Assembly: GCA_044376115.1 (NCBI GenBank) | Contig: JBILLK010000004.1 | Span: 96,001 to 160,000 of the forward strand | Source of the DNA: Polyangiaceae bacterium | Lineage (GTDB): Bacteria; Myxococcota_A; Polyangia; Polyangiales; Polyangiaceae | DNA: 64,000 nt | Direction: 5' to 3' | In this document: one piece after another, positions 20,595-31,227 of the stretch | Numbering within the stretch: the first letter of the stretch is position 1 | How the letters are laid out: every line of letters begins with the position of its first letter | Notes under the pieces: generated by a model | Seen by the model: only the letters and a program-made list of their open reading frames with translations | What the model was told of the DNA's origin: nothing | Databases searched by the model: none | Made by a program: the position numbers and the translations under genes

Positions 20595-22454
20595 TTAGCG
20601 CGCGCGTACCAAACTCAGCTCATCGGGCGCCTCGCCGAAATCAGGCGCCTCGATGACGAGCCCGAGCTTCTTGGGGATCGGCTCAGGGATGGGGATGCGG
20701 CGGTCTCCGTCCACTTCGACGAGCGAAAGGCCCCACAGCTTCTCGTCGGTGCCGTTGTAGGCGCACACCGAAAGCGCCGCTTGCTGCGACTTGATCTGGC
20801 ACACGGTCAACGGCTCCGCGGTGCGCAAGATGCGCGTTCGGATCAGCTCGTCCACCGGGCCGAGATCGGTCAGGCCACGCGCATATTCGACGCCGCGCGG
20901 GTCATTGAGATAGGCCAGCATGGTGGCAGCGTGAAGCCGCAACGGCAGCTTGTCGGAGCGCAACAACTTGGCGAAGGCGTCCGCAGGCGCGGGCCCAATT
21001 TCGCCGAGCGTTCGTCGTTCTTCGACGTCGATCTTGAGCTCGGTACCCGGGCCTTTGACGCTCCATTTGACCGAGTGGCCGGGCGCGAGTTCCCCACCCC
21101 AGAAGAGCCCACGGTCGGTGGCGCCGACGCGTTCGTTGCGCGCGTTGCGCCGCGCGAAGGTGACCACCACGCGCAGATCCGAGAGAGGCACCTTGGCGTT
21201 GTTCACGATCGCGAGATCGAAGTTGTAGCGACCGCGGCCTCGCTTGCTGAGTTGCGGCGCGATCGAGGAAGAGCCGCCTTCCTTGTTCGGTTCTTTCGCG
21301 ATCGGTACCACGCTGAGCAGCGGTACGCCGCCACGCCACAGCGGCGAGTCGGCGCGCTCGCAGCGGCAGGTGGGTAGCGTCGGCGCCTCGATCGCCTCGT
21401 CCGAAGGGATGGGCACGTCCTCCAAGCCGGCCCGCGCTTGCACCGGCGGCTTGAGCTCCGGCTGCACTTGGCGAATCAGCCTTAACGAGAAGATGCCGGC
21501 CGCGCAGGTGAGCACGATCATCGCGGCGGCGATCAGCCCGGTGCGAACGAGCGCAGGTGAGCGCGACGTCGCAACCTCGCGCAGCGCGGGCGCGCGCACC
21601 GAAGCCGGCGGCGCGAGCGTTGGCGCAGGCGGCGCAACGGACGTAGCAGCAGGAGCTGGGAGCACTGGCGCGAGCAGCGTTGGTGGCTCGGGGAAGCCGA
21701 GCGGCTTTCCCGGGGCGGAAGCCCCGGGAAAGCCCGAGGCGACCGGGGGCGCGCTGGCGGCGTTGGTCTGCACCAAGGCATCCGCTGCTCGCTCGGTTGG
21801 CGGTGCTGCAAGCTCGCCGAGCCCGGCGCGCACCAGCACGTCGCGCTCGGGGACGTCGAACGGATCGGTCTCGTGAAAGAGCGCCGGGTCGAAGCCGAGC
21901 CGCTGCGAGAGCCGCTGCGACAGAGTCTCCCGCAGACGCTCCGATAACGGCCCACCGCGCGTCGCCCAAAGCACGAGGCCGCGCCCCGCCGCGCCCAGCG
22001 CGAGCAACGTGATGGCGCCGAAGGCGATGCGCCCGAGCGGCCCCGCGACGAGATGAGGCGGCACAGCGACGCTCGCCCAAATCGCGAACGGCAGCGGGAT
22101 CAGCCAAGAGAGAACCCCCGCGACCCGCCGACGTTTGTAGGCGGCAGCGAGCGCCTCGAGCGGCGCATCGGAGAAGTGCGTGAGGTAAAAGCGATTGTGC
22201 GGCGTAACCACCCGCGAGTCGAAGCTGAGCAGCACGCCTTGCCCGCGCCGCACGAAACCGCGCACCGCCGTGTAGGGCGCGCTTACGCGCACGAAGCGCG
22301 TGAGACCTCCGGGTAAGTAACCATCGGAGTAGGCGCCGGCCTTGAGCAGCTCGATCTCGAGGCGCTTGGGTAGCAGCGTGATGCGCACGGCGCCCACCGA
22401 GTTGGCGTCGCGCGAACTCGCAGCGATGGCGCCGATGGTGAACGAGCCCGACAC
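20595..22454 (-). CDS. Hypothetical membrane protein with an extracytoplasmic beta-rich domain
   Basis: 619-aa ORF, GTG start, three TM segments, Pro-rich linker. Confidence 0.6.
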   Translation of the reverse strand: MSGSFTIGAIAASSRDANSVGAVRITLLPKRLEIELLKAGAYSDGYLPGGLTRFVRVSAPYTAVRGFVRRGQGVLLSFDSRVVTPHNRFYLTHFSDAPLEALAAAYKRRRVAGVLSWLIPLPFAIWASVAVPPHLVAGPLGRIAFGAITLLALGAAGRGLVLWATRGGPLSERLRETLSQRLSQRLGFDPALFHETDPFDVPERDVLVRAGLGELAAPPTERAADALVQTNAASAPPVASGFPGASAPGKPLGFPEPPTLLAPVLPAPAATSVAPPAPTLAPPASVRAPALREVATSRSPALVRTGLIAAAMIVLTCAAGIFSLRLIRQVQPELKPPVQARAGLEDVPIPSDEAIEAPTLPTCRCERADSPLWRGGVPLLSVVPIAKEPNKEGGSSSIAPQLSKRGRGRYNFDLAIVNNAKVPLSDLRVVVTFARRNARNERVGATDRGLFWGGELAPGHSVKWSVKGPGTELKIDVEERRTLGEIGPAPADAFAKLLRSDKLPLRLHAATMLAYLNDPRGVEYARGLTDLGPVDELIRTRILRTAEPLTVCQIKSQQAALSVCAYNGTDEKLWGLSLVEVDGDRRIPIPEPIPKKLGLVIEAPDFGEAPDELSLVRAR

Positions 22455-22539
22455 GCGGCCTCTTCTAGCACGCCAAGCGCACGGCGAGCGGGTGGATCCC
22501 CTTGCGACCGCATGGCGAACTGCCTAAGACCTGCGTTCG

Positions 22540-23133
22540 ATGAACAAGCATTCCGTAGGGTCGATCGCTGTGGCGATGCTGCTCGCCTGGACGGGCGTTG
22601 GGTGTGAGCGCGTGCCGGAGCCTGAAGGTGGTCCGCGCTCGGCCAAGCCGGCCAGCTCGGAGGCGCCCGAACCGACCGAGTTGGTGAAGGAAGATCTCAA
22701 GGTTGGGGAAGGCTCGCGGGAGGTAAAGACGGGAGACACCATCAAGGTGAATTACGTCGGGAAGCTCGCCAAAAACGGCAGCATGTTCGACTCGAACAAA
22801 AGCAAAGAAGCACCGTTCTCCTTCACCGTTGGGGAGGGCGTGATCCCCGGCTGGAGTCAGGGCGTCGTGGGCATGAAGAAGGGCGGCAAGCGCAAGCTCA
22901 CCATCCCGTCATCGCTTGGCTACGGGGATAGCGGCAGCCCGCCGAAGATCCCGGGCAAGGCGACGCTTGTGTTCGAGATCGATCTGCTCGGCTGGGACGG
23001 CGAGGAGCCGGCCCCCGAGGCTTCAGCAACGCCTTCCGTAAGTGCTTCGGCAAGCGCTGCGCCTTCGGCCGCGCCCGCCGCGGGTTCTGCCGCAGCTAGC
23101 GCCAAGCCGGCAGCAGGGCCTGCTGCCAAGTGA
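22540..23133 (+). CDS. FKBP-type peptidyl-prolyl isomerase (lipoprotein)
   Basis: [50 protein letters not shown]. Confidence 0.93.
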   Translation: MNKHSVGSIAVAMLLAWTGVGCERVPEPEGGPRSAKPASSEAPEPTELVKEDLKVGEGSREVKTGDTIKVNYVGKLAKNGSMFDSNKSKEAPFSFTVGEGVIPGWSQGVVGMKKGGKRKLTIPSSLGYGDSGSPPKIPGKATLVFEIDLLGWDGEEPAPEASATPSVSASASAAPSAAPAAGSAAASAKPAAGPAAK

Positions 23134-24182
23134 GCGCCGCTCTTTTCGACGAGGGCTTTGCTCTTTCGCCGGTGACATCACCGGCGAAAGAGCGCGGCTT
23201 CGCGCTGGTCGCGCACAAACTCGCGCGCGAGACCAAGCCCGCTGAGGAGACCGCGCATCTGCCTTTCGTCGAACGCGGGGTGCTGACGGTCGGCGGCGGG
23301 CAAGCCACGCTGGACGGCGCGCCGGTAACGGTGCGCGAGGTCGTGCTCGAGAGCACTGAAATCGCGTGGGGCCAAGGTGGATTTGGGCCCTCCTTCGACG
23401 TGCACAACGCGCGCGTTTTGCTGCGCCTGGAGGACAAAAGCGAGCTGTGCGTAGGTGAACGACTCGCGCGCTCCGCGGAGGAGGCCGAGGCCGAGCTCAA
23501 CGAACTGGCCGAGCTTTTGCGCGGGCGGCTGCTGGGCGCAGCGGCCGGAGACAAGCCGGCAGCGCCCCCTGCCCTGCCCCGCTTCTCCTTTGCTCGTGAG
23601 GGCGACGTGGTGGTGTTGCGCGACTACGAGAACCTTGGGCCGCGATCACGTACGACGCGCTTCTGGGTGATGGCGGCCCTGCTCCTGCTGGGCGCGGGCG
23701 GAGCGGTAATGCTCACGCTCCAAGCGCGCGGGGCGGAAGCGCCGCTGACCACCGTGCTCGGCTATGTCGTGCTCGCGGCAGTGCTCTTCGTTGGCTCCTT
23801 CGCGATGAGCCAAATTGCGGCGCACGCGGCGAAGTACAAGGCCACCCATACGCCGCTGGCGTGGTTCGGTGATGACCGCGTGGTCGTGCAACCGTGGCTG
23901 TCGCGGGCGGGCCACGTGGATCGCAGGCCGGAAGGTCGGCTCGGTGCCGCCGTGGTGACGGCGGAGCTGGATGAAGTGGTGGTGATCGAGCGCGAAGGTT
24001 TGCAGGCTGTAACGCTCACCGGGCCGCACGGTGCGATCGAGGTCGCCCTCACGCCTCAGCGCGCTGAAGCCGAGCAGCTCGCGCGGACGGTGAGCATGCT
24101 GCTCGAGCGCGTCACCTCGCCAAAAAAGCGTGCTCCCAGCGCAGCCCGCCGCAAGATGAGCACCGCACAGGCTGCACCGTGA
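23130..24182 (+). CDS. Hypothetical two-TM membrane protein
   Basis: GTGA overlaps at both ends; two hydrophobic segments. Confidence 0.6.
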   Translation: MSAALFDEGFALSPVTSPAKERGFALVAHKLARETKPAEETAHLPFVERGVLTVGGGQATLDGAPVTVREVVLESTEIAWGQGGFGPSFDVHNARVLLRLEDKSELCVGERLARSAEEAEAELNELAELLRGRLLGAAAGDKPAAPPALPRFSFAREGDVVVLRDYENLGPRSRTTRFWVMAALLLLGAGGAVMLTLQARGAEAPLTTVLGYVVLAAVLFVGSFAMSQIAAHAAKYKATHTPLAWFGDDRVVVQPWLSRAGHVDRRPEGRLGAAVVTAELDEVVVIEREGLQAVTLTGPHGAIEVALTPQRAEAEQLARTVSMLLERVTSPKKRAPSAARRKMSTAQAAP

Positions 24183-24895
24183 CCGCGACCAAGGAGACGA
24201 AAGATACGGTGCTGATCGTCGACGACGAGCAGGCCTTCCTCGACCTCCTTTCGTTCAACCTCAGCGAAGCCGGCATGAAGGTGGAGACGGCGCAGACCGC
24301 CGCCGACGCGATGAAGGCCGTAGCGCTGGTGCGGCCGGTGGTGGTGATCCTGGATCTGATGCTGCCCGACGCCTCCGGGACCGAGGTTTGCCGCCGTTTG
24401 CGTCAAGACCCAGCCACCGCCGAGATCGGCGTGATGATGCTCACCGCGCGCGCCGACGAATACGATCGCATCGTCGGCTTCGAGGTGGGCGCCGATGACT
24501 ACGTCGTCAAGCCGTTCAGCGTGCGCGAGGTCGTGCTGCGGGTGAAGGCGCTCGCGCGGCGCTCTTCCGAGCGATTGCGCGCGAGGCTAGCGGTGGACGT
24601 TGGGCGCAGACTGCGGCACGAGGGTCTGGAGGTCGATCCTGAGCGCCATCGCGTCTTCGTCGAGAGTGAAGAAGTGAGCTTGCGCCCGCTCGAGTTCCGC
24701 TTGCTGGCGCTGCTGATGGAGCACCCGGGGCGCGTCTTTTCGCGCGCGGAGCTGCTCGCGGAGGTTTGGGGGGTCACCGGGGATCTGAGCACGCGCACGG
24801 TGGATACCCACGTGCGACGCTTGCGCAGCCGGCTCGGGCCATATGAAGACGCGGTGGAGACGGTGCCGGGCTTTGGCTACCGCATGCGCGCGTAG
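24179..24895 (+). CDS. OmpR/PhoB-family response regulator
   Basis: LIVDD, ILDLMLPD, GADDYVVKPFS, wHTH RTVDTHVRRLR, GFGY. Confidence 0.93.
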   Translation: MTATKETKDTVLIVDDEQAFLDLLSFNLSEAGMKVETAQTAADAMKAVALVRPVVVILDLMLPDASGTEVCRRLRQDPATAEIGVMMLTARADEYDRIVGFEVGADDYVVKPFSVREVVLRVKALARRSSERLRARLAVDVGRRLRHEGLEVDPERHRVFVESEEVSLRPLEFRLLALLMEHPGRVFSRAELLAEVWGVTGDLSTRTVDTHVRRLRSRLGPYEDAVETVPGFGYRMRA

Positions 24896-24980
24896 CTCGC
24901 GGTCGATCTACAAAAACGAGACGGCTCTCGAGCCAGCGAGGACGCGAGAGCCGTACGTGCGCGGCTAGCCGCGACCGAAG

Positions 24981-25574
24981 CTACTTCTTGAAGATCTGCG
25001 CCCCAGCGATACCCGCGCCGCCAGTGGCTCGGATGATCACCTTGCCGGGAGCAGCCGTCAGGGGCTGGCTGCGCCAGCAGCTGCCACCACCACCCAAGGT
25101 TGCGTTCGGGCCGGTCTGGTTGTCTTGCGCGATCGGCGGCGTGGGGAACGGCGTGACGTACTGGATCTGCACGTCGAGTTCGGTGATGCCCGGACCGCCG
25201 ATACCGACGACGGTGTAGCACTTGTTCGGCTCGATGTTGAACGGCTGCTCAAGGACCTGACCTTGTTGGAATTGCCCAGCGAAGGCAGAGCCTTCAGCGG
25301 TCATCCCTTTGGTGTCGGGCGAGCCAGCGGCGAGCACTGCAGCGGCCGGGCCGAGCATGCCGATCGAAACCGGCTGAGCAGGCCCACCCACGGTGGCCGG
25401 CGGCTGCTGCGGGGCGGTGGCGGTTTGCACCGGAACCGTCTGGGCCGGTGGCGGATAACCCGGGGGATAGCCAGTCACGCCTCCGGGCGGAACGTTGGTC
25501 TGGGGATCGGATGAACCGCAGCCGAACGCACACAAACCCAACAGCGCTACAGGGACGAAAAAGGAAAGTCGCAT
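24981..25574 (-). CDS. Lipoprotein
   Basis: GAGGAG RBS; LCAFGC lipobox; KCYTVVG...ELDV domain. Confidence 0.7.
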   Translation of the reverse strand: MRLSFFVPVALLGLCAFGCGSSDPQTNVPPGGVTGYPPGYPPPAQTVPVQTATAPQQPPATVGGPAQPVSIGMLGPAAAVLAAGSPDTKGMTAEGSAFAGQFQQGQVLEQPFNIEPNKCYTVVGIGGPGITELDVQIQYVTPFPTPPIAQDNQTGPNATLGGGGSCWRSQPLTAAPGKVIIRATGGAGIAGAQIFKK

Positions 25575-25748
25575 ACGAGCTCCTCGCGAGAACCAACTTG
25601 TTGTCGAACGGTAGAACCGCGTGGGCGCGCCCACCCAGTTCGACCAATCCCGTGCCGGACGGTGTTCTACACGAGAACGAGCCGGATGACCCAACCTTAC
25701 GGTGGGGAGCTGGGGCTGCCCCAACTCAGAACAGCGTGCGGCAGACGG

Positions 25749-26933
25749 CTAAGCGCCCGGAAGTTTGAGGTCCGGCACGGTTTGGGTCTCCTCGGCCAAG
25801 AACATCCCGTCCACCACGCGATCCATCACCGTTTCAAAGCGCGTTTCGTCGAAGCCTGAGCCGCTGCGGAGCCAATCGACGTTGGGCTCTTGCTTGCGCG
25901 AGCGCCGCGCGCCCGGAAAATGGCCGACGATATCGAGGTGATCGGCGCGACCCGCCCACAGGAGCTCGCCCCAAAGTTGCGAGTGAAACGGGACGACGCC
26001 GTCGTTGGCCGAGGCTGGCGGAAGCTGGCCCAACATGGTGGCAACGCTGCGCACCATGCGCGGATCCGACGAAGCGCATGGGTACCGCTCGTCTTCCGCA
26101 GAGGTCAGGTTGTAGAGCACCGTAAAGATCGCGCCCGAGACCAACGACCAAGGCGAGAGCAGCGTTCCCAGGCTGTTCTTTTGGCCGCCCTCCGGCGCGT
26201 AGCTCGCCACCGACTGATAACGCACGCCGGGACGATCGATCACCGAGGCCTCGAAGATGTCCATCGCTTCGGGCGTCAACTGAATCACCGTGCCTTGATC
26301 GGCGCGGATTTGTTTGAGGAAGGAACGGAGGTCGCGGCTCGAAGCGTCATCCAGGACCTTGATCAACGACTCGCTGACCCGCTCGATCACCGACAGTTCG
26401 ATCGCCCCCGAGATGCGTCCCAAGGTAGCGAGCAGGGTGCTCGCGAGAGCGAGCGGCGGCGCGCCGAGCTTGAGCCCAGTGACCGTCAACGCCATCAGCG
26501 CGTACAACACCTGTTGCCCCGACTTGGTCGCAAAGAAGGCCGCCAGCGGCGTGCCTCGATGCGGCGTATTGACGGTGGTGATCGACGCCAAGCGTTCGAG
26601 CAGCGCCTCGGCTTTCGGCCGCAGACTCTCGTCGCGCAAGATCCTCGAGGTGGGCGAAGCCAGCAGGCGCGCATCGAGGCCGCCCGTCGAGTGGCCGAGG
26701 ATGTGCACCGGGGTGCTCTCCTCGCCCGCGGTGTCGAGCATTCGGCGAAGGAGCGAGTCCGCTCTTCGGCGGATCGAGGCCGAGGGATGCACGTCCACCA
26801 CGTGGCAGACTGCCCTCCTGCCGCGCGCTGCATAACGCGCTTCAATCGCCTGGGTCATATGACCGAAGTAGTCGAGGCTTCCGATCTTGGCGAAGCCGAA
26901 CATGCCGGGAACGAGGTAAACGTGAACGGGCAT
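25749..26933 (-). CDS. Alpha/beta hydrolase (lipase/esterase)
   Basis: GHSTGG nucleophile, TPHRGT, NDGVV, DHLD. Confidence 0.88.
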   Translation of the reverse strand: MPVHVYLVPGMFGFAKIGSLDYFGHMTQAIEARYAARGRRAVCHVVDVHPSASIRRRADSLLRRMLDTAGEESTPVHILGHSTGGLDARLLASPTSRILRDESLRPKAEALLERLASITTVNTPHRGTPLAAFFATKSGQQVLYALMALTVTGLKLGAPPLALASTLLATLGRISGAIELSVIERVSESLIKVLDDASSRDLRSFLKQIRADQGTVIQLTPEAMDIFEASVIDRPGVRYQSVASYAPEGGQKNSLGTLLSPWSLVSGAIFTVLYNLTSAEDERYPCASSDPRMVRSVATMLGQLPPASANDGVVPFHSQLWGELLWAGRADHLDIVGHFPGARRSRKQEPNVDWLRSGSGFDETRFETVMDRVVDGMFLAEETQTVPDLKLPGA

Positions 26934-26945
26934 CGGGCGCGATCT

Positions 26946-27875
26946 CTAGCGGTGGGTGGAGCGTTCCAAGGCTCGCGCGAACAGCGGCGCAATGTCGAAG
27001 ACAGCGCCGGAGCGAGCCGCTAGCTGCTGGCTCGACGGGTGGGAGTTGGTCCCGATCACACCGGCAAACAAGCCGCTCGACTCGATGCGCTCGAGCGAAC
27101 CGGGCGGCAAGACGAGATGACTTGCGACGGCGAAAATTCGCTCCGCGCCGGCGGCTTTGTACGCTTCCGCGGCCTGAATCAGCGAGGAGCCGGTGCGGAT
27201 CATGTCGTCGTACAGCACGACGTCGACGCCACGAACGTCCGCGTTGACGCCCGTTACGGCGATCGCGCCGGAGCTCGAGTCACGACGCTTGTAAACAAAT
27301 GCTGGGTTGACAGAGAGCGCACGCGCCAAGCTCTCGACCCACTTGGCGCGGCCAGCATCGGTGGCGCCGAGAACGAAGGGAGACTCGCCCATCGTGTCTC
27401 GAATCGCCTTGGTGATCACTGGAGCGCCGTAAAGGTGGTGGGTGACGTGGTCGTCGCCAAAGTAGAACTCGATGCCGTCGGTGTGCAGGTCGAACAGGAA
27501 GATGCGGGTGCCCGCTTCACACGCTGGGATGCTCGAGATCAGGCGGGAGCGCGTCTTGGCGGTGACAACTTCCCCCGGCTTCACCGCGCGCTCCATCGTC
27601 GCGTAGCCGAAGTACGGCATCATGATCGAGAGCGAGCGAGCTCCGGCCCGCGCAATGGCGCAGCCGAGATCGTAGACTTCGAGCCAATCCAGGTCGGTCG
27701 GCGTGCCCCCGAGGAGCACCACGTCCCGCCCCCAGCTGTCACAATCGAGCCGCAAATAGCGCTCCCCATCGGGAAACGCTTTGCGCGTGATCGGGCCGAC
27801 CTCGAAGCGCGCGACGCTGGTCAACGCGGGTTGGAAGTAGGCGTAGCTGGAGGTCGTAAATAGCAGCGGCTCCAT
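26946..27875 (-). CDS. prs: Ribose-phosphate pyrophosphokinase
   Basis: FPDGE, PYFGY, DLH, YDDMIRTGSSL PRPP-binding loop. Confidence 0.9.
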   Translation of the reverse strand: MEPLLFTTSSYAYFQPALTSVARFEVGPITRKAFPDGERYLRLDCDSWGRDVVLLGGTPTDLDWLEVYDLGCAIARAGARSLSIMMPYFGYATMERAVKPGEVVTAKTRSRLISSIPACEAGTRIFLFDLHTDGIEFYFGDDHVTHHLYGAPVITKAIRDTMGESPFVLGATDAGRAKWVESLARALSVNPAFVYKRRDSSSGAIAVTGVNADVRGVDVVLYDDMIRTGSSLIQAAEAYKAAGAERIFAVASHLVLPPGSLERIESSGLFAGVIGTNSHPSSQQLAARSGAVFDIAPLFARALERSTHR

Positions 27876-28014
27876 AGGCGGCGCAGCCTAACGCGGGCCC
27901 CCCGCTGTGTCAGGGAAGTTGTCGGGCAGCGCCTAGCGCTACAAATCCCGGGTCCGGCCCCTGGTTTGTGGAAGCACAAGACGACAGCGGACCCAATTCG
28001 CTAAGCTCCGCAAA

Positions 28015-30417
28015 ATGAGCTCCCCCACGCCTGTTCAACTCATTGGGCGTTACGCCTTGTGCGGCAAGTTGGGGACAGGCGGCATGGGCACCGTCTACGT
28101 CGGGCGGCTGGCAGGCCCCTTGGGCTTCGCTCGCACCGTCGCGATCAAACGCATGCATTCGCACTTGGCGGACGACCCGACGTTTCGGCGCTTGTTTCTC
28201 GATGAAGCGCGTCTGGCCGCCCGAATCACCCACGCCAACGTCGTCGCGACCTTGGACGTGGTGGCGGAGGGTGAAGAGCTGTTGGTGGTACTCGAGTACA
28301 TCGCCGGCGGGTCCTTCGCTTCGCTGCTGCGTTCGATGGGGAAGAAGGGCACGCGACTACCCACGCCGGTGGTCGGCGCAATTGTCTCGCAGGCGCTCCA
28401 TGGCCTTCACGCAGCCCACGAGGCGGTTGATGACCTTGGCAAGCCGCTTGGCATCATTCATCGCGACGTCGCGCCCGACAACATCATGGTCGGAACCGAT
28501 GGGGTCTCGCGCATCGTCGACTTCGGCATCGCGAAGGCGAACGAGCTAGGCCAGCGCACCCAAGACGGCAAAGTCAAAGGCAAGATCCGCTACATGGCGC
28601 CCGAGCATTTGCAAGGCCATGTGATCGATCGGCGCGCCGATGTCTACGCGGCTGGCAGCGTCCTGTTCGAGGCGTTGACGGGTCGTCCGCTCGTCCCCGG
28701 CGCGAATGACGTCGAGCAGATCGCGGCGCTATCCAAGCTCACAGCCAAAGACAAAATACCGAGTCTCGCGCTCCCCAGTCTCTCGCCCGAGATCGATCGG
28801 CTGGTGACGACGGCGCTTGCCTTCGACCGCAACAAGCGTTTCGCCACGGCCCTAGAGATGGCTAAGGAGGTGGAGGCTGCGCTCGGCGTCGCCTCCCCAA
28901 GCGCCGTGGCCGAGTTGGTGGACGCGATGCTCGCATCGGAAATATTACGACGAAAGTCGCTCGTGGAGTACGCCTCACTAGCGACCCGGGAGCTCAAGCC
29001 CGAGAGCAGCGACATTGAGCTCGACACCGAGAGTGTGCGCGGGAAGGCCGACGCATCAACCAGCTCGGTGGCGCTCCACACCAAAGACATCGAGGAGGTG
29101 AAGGTCGATCTCGCAATCGCCCTCCAGCCCACGCTGGTGTCCCGCGAGCTCACCACCAACCAGCAGAGTCCTCGCGGCAAGCTGCTCGATCTCCCGCCGG
29201 ATCTGCCCGATCTGATGCCGACCAACCGGTTGGAGAACGCGAGCGCGCCAGGGTCGACGGCTGCACCTGCTGAGGTTCCAGCAGCTGGCGGAGAAGAGCC
29301 GAAACGCGCGGTTCCCGCGCCCCCGCCTCGGCCTAACGTTGCCGCAGCGCCACCGCTTGCGATCGCTGCGCCTCACGAAGCCGCACTCACCTTGGGCGCA
29401 GGCGATAGCAAGGCTTCGGTGGAACTCGAGCCGGGCGTGGTGCGCCGAGCGGCACCGCCACTCGAGTCACCGCTGATGCCTGCTCCGACGGCGTCGCCCC
29501 AGCCGCAAAGCCTATCCGGCACGCCACGACCGCGCCCGGAGGCTGCTGGCCCTAGGCCCCGACCCTCCGGCCGCCCTGCAGCCGCAACGGCTGCACCACG
29601 CTCGAGTGACAGTAGCGCCAAGGCTTGGATCGTGCTGCTGCCGGTGGCGCTGATCGGGGTCGGGCTGTTCCTGTTCCTGTGGCTTCGGAGCGCGGACAGC
29701 AAGGACGAAGGAACCGCACCGACCGGGCAAGCGCTCGCGGCAACCAACTACGCTGAGGATTGCGACCTCATGCGGCGCCGGCTGCGCGGCGGGGGTCCAT
29801 CCTTTGGCCTCTCGAGGCAAGGTTGGCAGCTGGAACTCTGGCTCCGGCCCGCACCTGGCCGTGCGATCGATCCCAAGAGCATTGACCTGCCCGCCTTAGC
29901 GGGAGAGGGCAAGGCGACCCTGGGAGAGCTGCGTGCCGACGAGGCCAACGAAGGCGTGCTCGTGAGCATCGAGGGGCCGCGCACCGAGTGGGCGTTCGAT
30001 CCCACCAAGTTCGGCGAGCTGATCCAGCAAGCCGACAAGATCTTTGTGGAGAGCAAAGCCGATACTGGCGCCCTCATTCTGCGCTGTGCGCACTTGCGTA
30101 GTTACGAGACGGGTCTTTGGTTTCGTTCGATGGATGCGGCCGGCCTCGCGGCGAGCATGCTGCTAACGATTGGGCTGCTGAGCGACGCGCCGTTTGTTCC
30201 TGTTCCGTCGACCAAGCCCACCGACTCCCGCTTCGAAGGCCTGCTCAAACTCGCGCGAGCACGCACCGCCGACTACCCGATCGTGATTCAGAAAAACGGT
30301 GGCACGGTGGAGAACAAGGCGCGCGGCTATCGAGCCACGTTTGCGCCCGAAAACCTTGGGCAACTCTTTCCGGCTACGCGCGCGTTGCTAGATACGATGA
30401 ACGGCGCTGAACCTTGA
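28015..30417 (+). CDS. Membrane Ser/Thr protein kinase
   Basis: GTGGMG, VAIK, HRDVAPDN, DFG, YMAPE; TM segment near residue 540. Confidence 0.92.
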   Translation: MSSPTPVQLIGRYALCGKLGTGGMGTVYVGRLAGPLGFARTVAIKRMHSHLADDPTFRRLFLDEARLAARITHANVVATLDVVAEGEELLVVLEYIAGGSFASLLRSMGKKGTRLPTPVVGAIVSQALHGLHAAHEAVDDLGKPLGIIHRDVAPDNIMVGTDGVSRIVDFGIAKANELGQRTQDGKVKGKIRYMAPEHLQGHVIDRRADVYAAGSVLFEALTGRPLVPGANDVEQIAALSKLTAKDKIPSLALPSLSPEIDRLVTTALAFDRNKRFATALEMAKEVEAALGVASPSAVAELVDAMLASEILRRKSLVEYASLATRELKPESSDIELDTESVRGKADASTSSVALHTKDIEEVKVDLAIALQPTLVSRELTTNQQSPRGKLLDLPPDLPDLMPTNRLENASAPGSTAAPAEVPAAGGEEPKRAVPAPPPRPNVAAAPPLAIAAPHEAALTLGAGDSKASVELEPGVVRRAAPPLESPLMPAPTASPQPQSLSGTPRPRPEAAGPRPRPSGRPAAATAAPRSSDSSAKAWIVLLPVALIGVGLFLFLWLRSADSKDEGTAPTGQALAATNYAEDCDLMRRRLRGGGPSFGLSRQGWQLELWLRPAPGRAIDPKSIDLPALAGEGKATLGELRADEANEGVLVSIEGPRTEWAFDPTKFGELIQQADKIFVESKADTGALILRCAHLRSYETGLWFRSMDAAGLAASMLLTIGLLSDAPFVPVPSTKPTDSRFEGLLKLARARTADYPIVIQKNGGTVENKARGYRATFAPENLGQLFPATRALLDTMNGAEP

Positions 30418-30458
30418 GCGCCGGTGCGCGCAGGCTTCGACTACCAGCAGCTAGCGGG

Positions 30459-31211
30459 TCATGCGTCGCCGAGTGCGAGGGCCAGGGCTGCGGCCACGCC
30501 AGCGTCCTTCGCCGTCAGATCGAGCGCCAGCGGCGTGATGCCGACCACGCCCTCGTCGAACGCCTCGGTGTCCGAGCCGGGTGCATCGTGGTGGCGCGCT
30601 GAGCTACCGCCAATCCAGAGGTAGTCAGCCCCGCGCGGGTCTTTGCGGAAGCTGACCCCACCTTCGTAGGTTCGTCGCCCCATGATCGTCGTGCGAGCCG
30701 TCCACGAACGGCCTGGAGGAAAATTCACGTTGAGCAGCAGGCCGACGGCAGGCGAAGCCTCGAGCAGCGCGAGCGCGAGCCGCACCGATACCGCGGCCGC
30801 AGCCTCGAGATCGGTGCCGCTGTCAGCGGATAGTGCGAGCGCGGGGATGCCGCGCAAAGCGGCCTCGCGGGCCGCGGCGACGGTGCCTGAATAGAAGACG
30901 TCCACCCCCAGATTCAGGCCATGATTGATGCCCGACAAACATAGGTCGGGCACGCGAGGCAACACCCGTCCCTCACTTTCGAGCGCGACAAAGACCGAGT
31001 CAGCCGGGGTGCCATCCACGGCGAAGCGGCCCGGTCCTACCTCACGCAAGCGCAAGACCCTCGAGAGGGTGAGCGAATGACTGGTCGCACTTTGATTGTC
31101 CCGCGGCGCGCAAACCACGACGTCAGCGTGGGCGGCCATCGCTTGTGCGAGCCGAAGAATGCCCTCCGAGCCAACGCCGTCGTCGTTGGTGACCAGCACG
31201 AGCGGTTTCAA
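30459..31211 (-). CDS. surE: 5'/3'-nucleotidase SurE
   Basis: LVTNDDG, DGTPAD, SGINHGLNLG, YSGTVAAA. Confidence 0.95.
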   Translation of the reverse strand: MKPLVLVTNDDGVGSEGILRLAQAMAAHADVVVCAPRDNQSATSHSLTLSRVLRLREVGPGRFAVDGTPADSVFVALESEGRVLPRVPDLCLSGINHGLNLGVDVFYSGTVAAAREAALRGIPALALSADSGTDLEAAAAVSVRLALALLEASPAVGLLLNVNFPPGRSWTARTTIMGRRTYEGGVSFRKDPRGADYLWIGGSSARHHDAPGSDTEAFDEGVVGITPLALDLTAKDAGVAAALALALGDA

Positions 31212-31227
31212 TTGGACCTTGTGCGAC

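Noticed and set aside
25575..25748. Hairpins and a GGCACG box upstream of a lipoprotein gene
   Set aside because: Short GC stems are expected by chance and the sigma54 -12 element is poor; no recognisable riboswitch.
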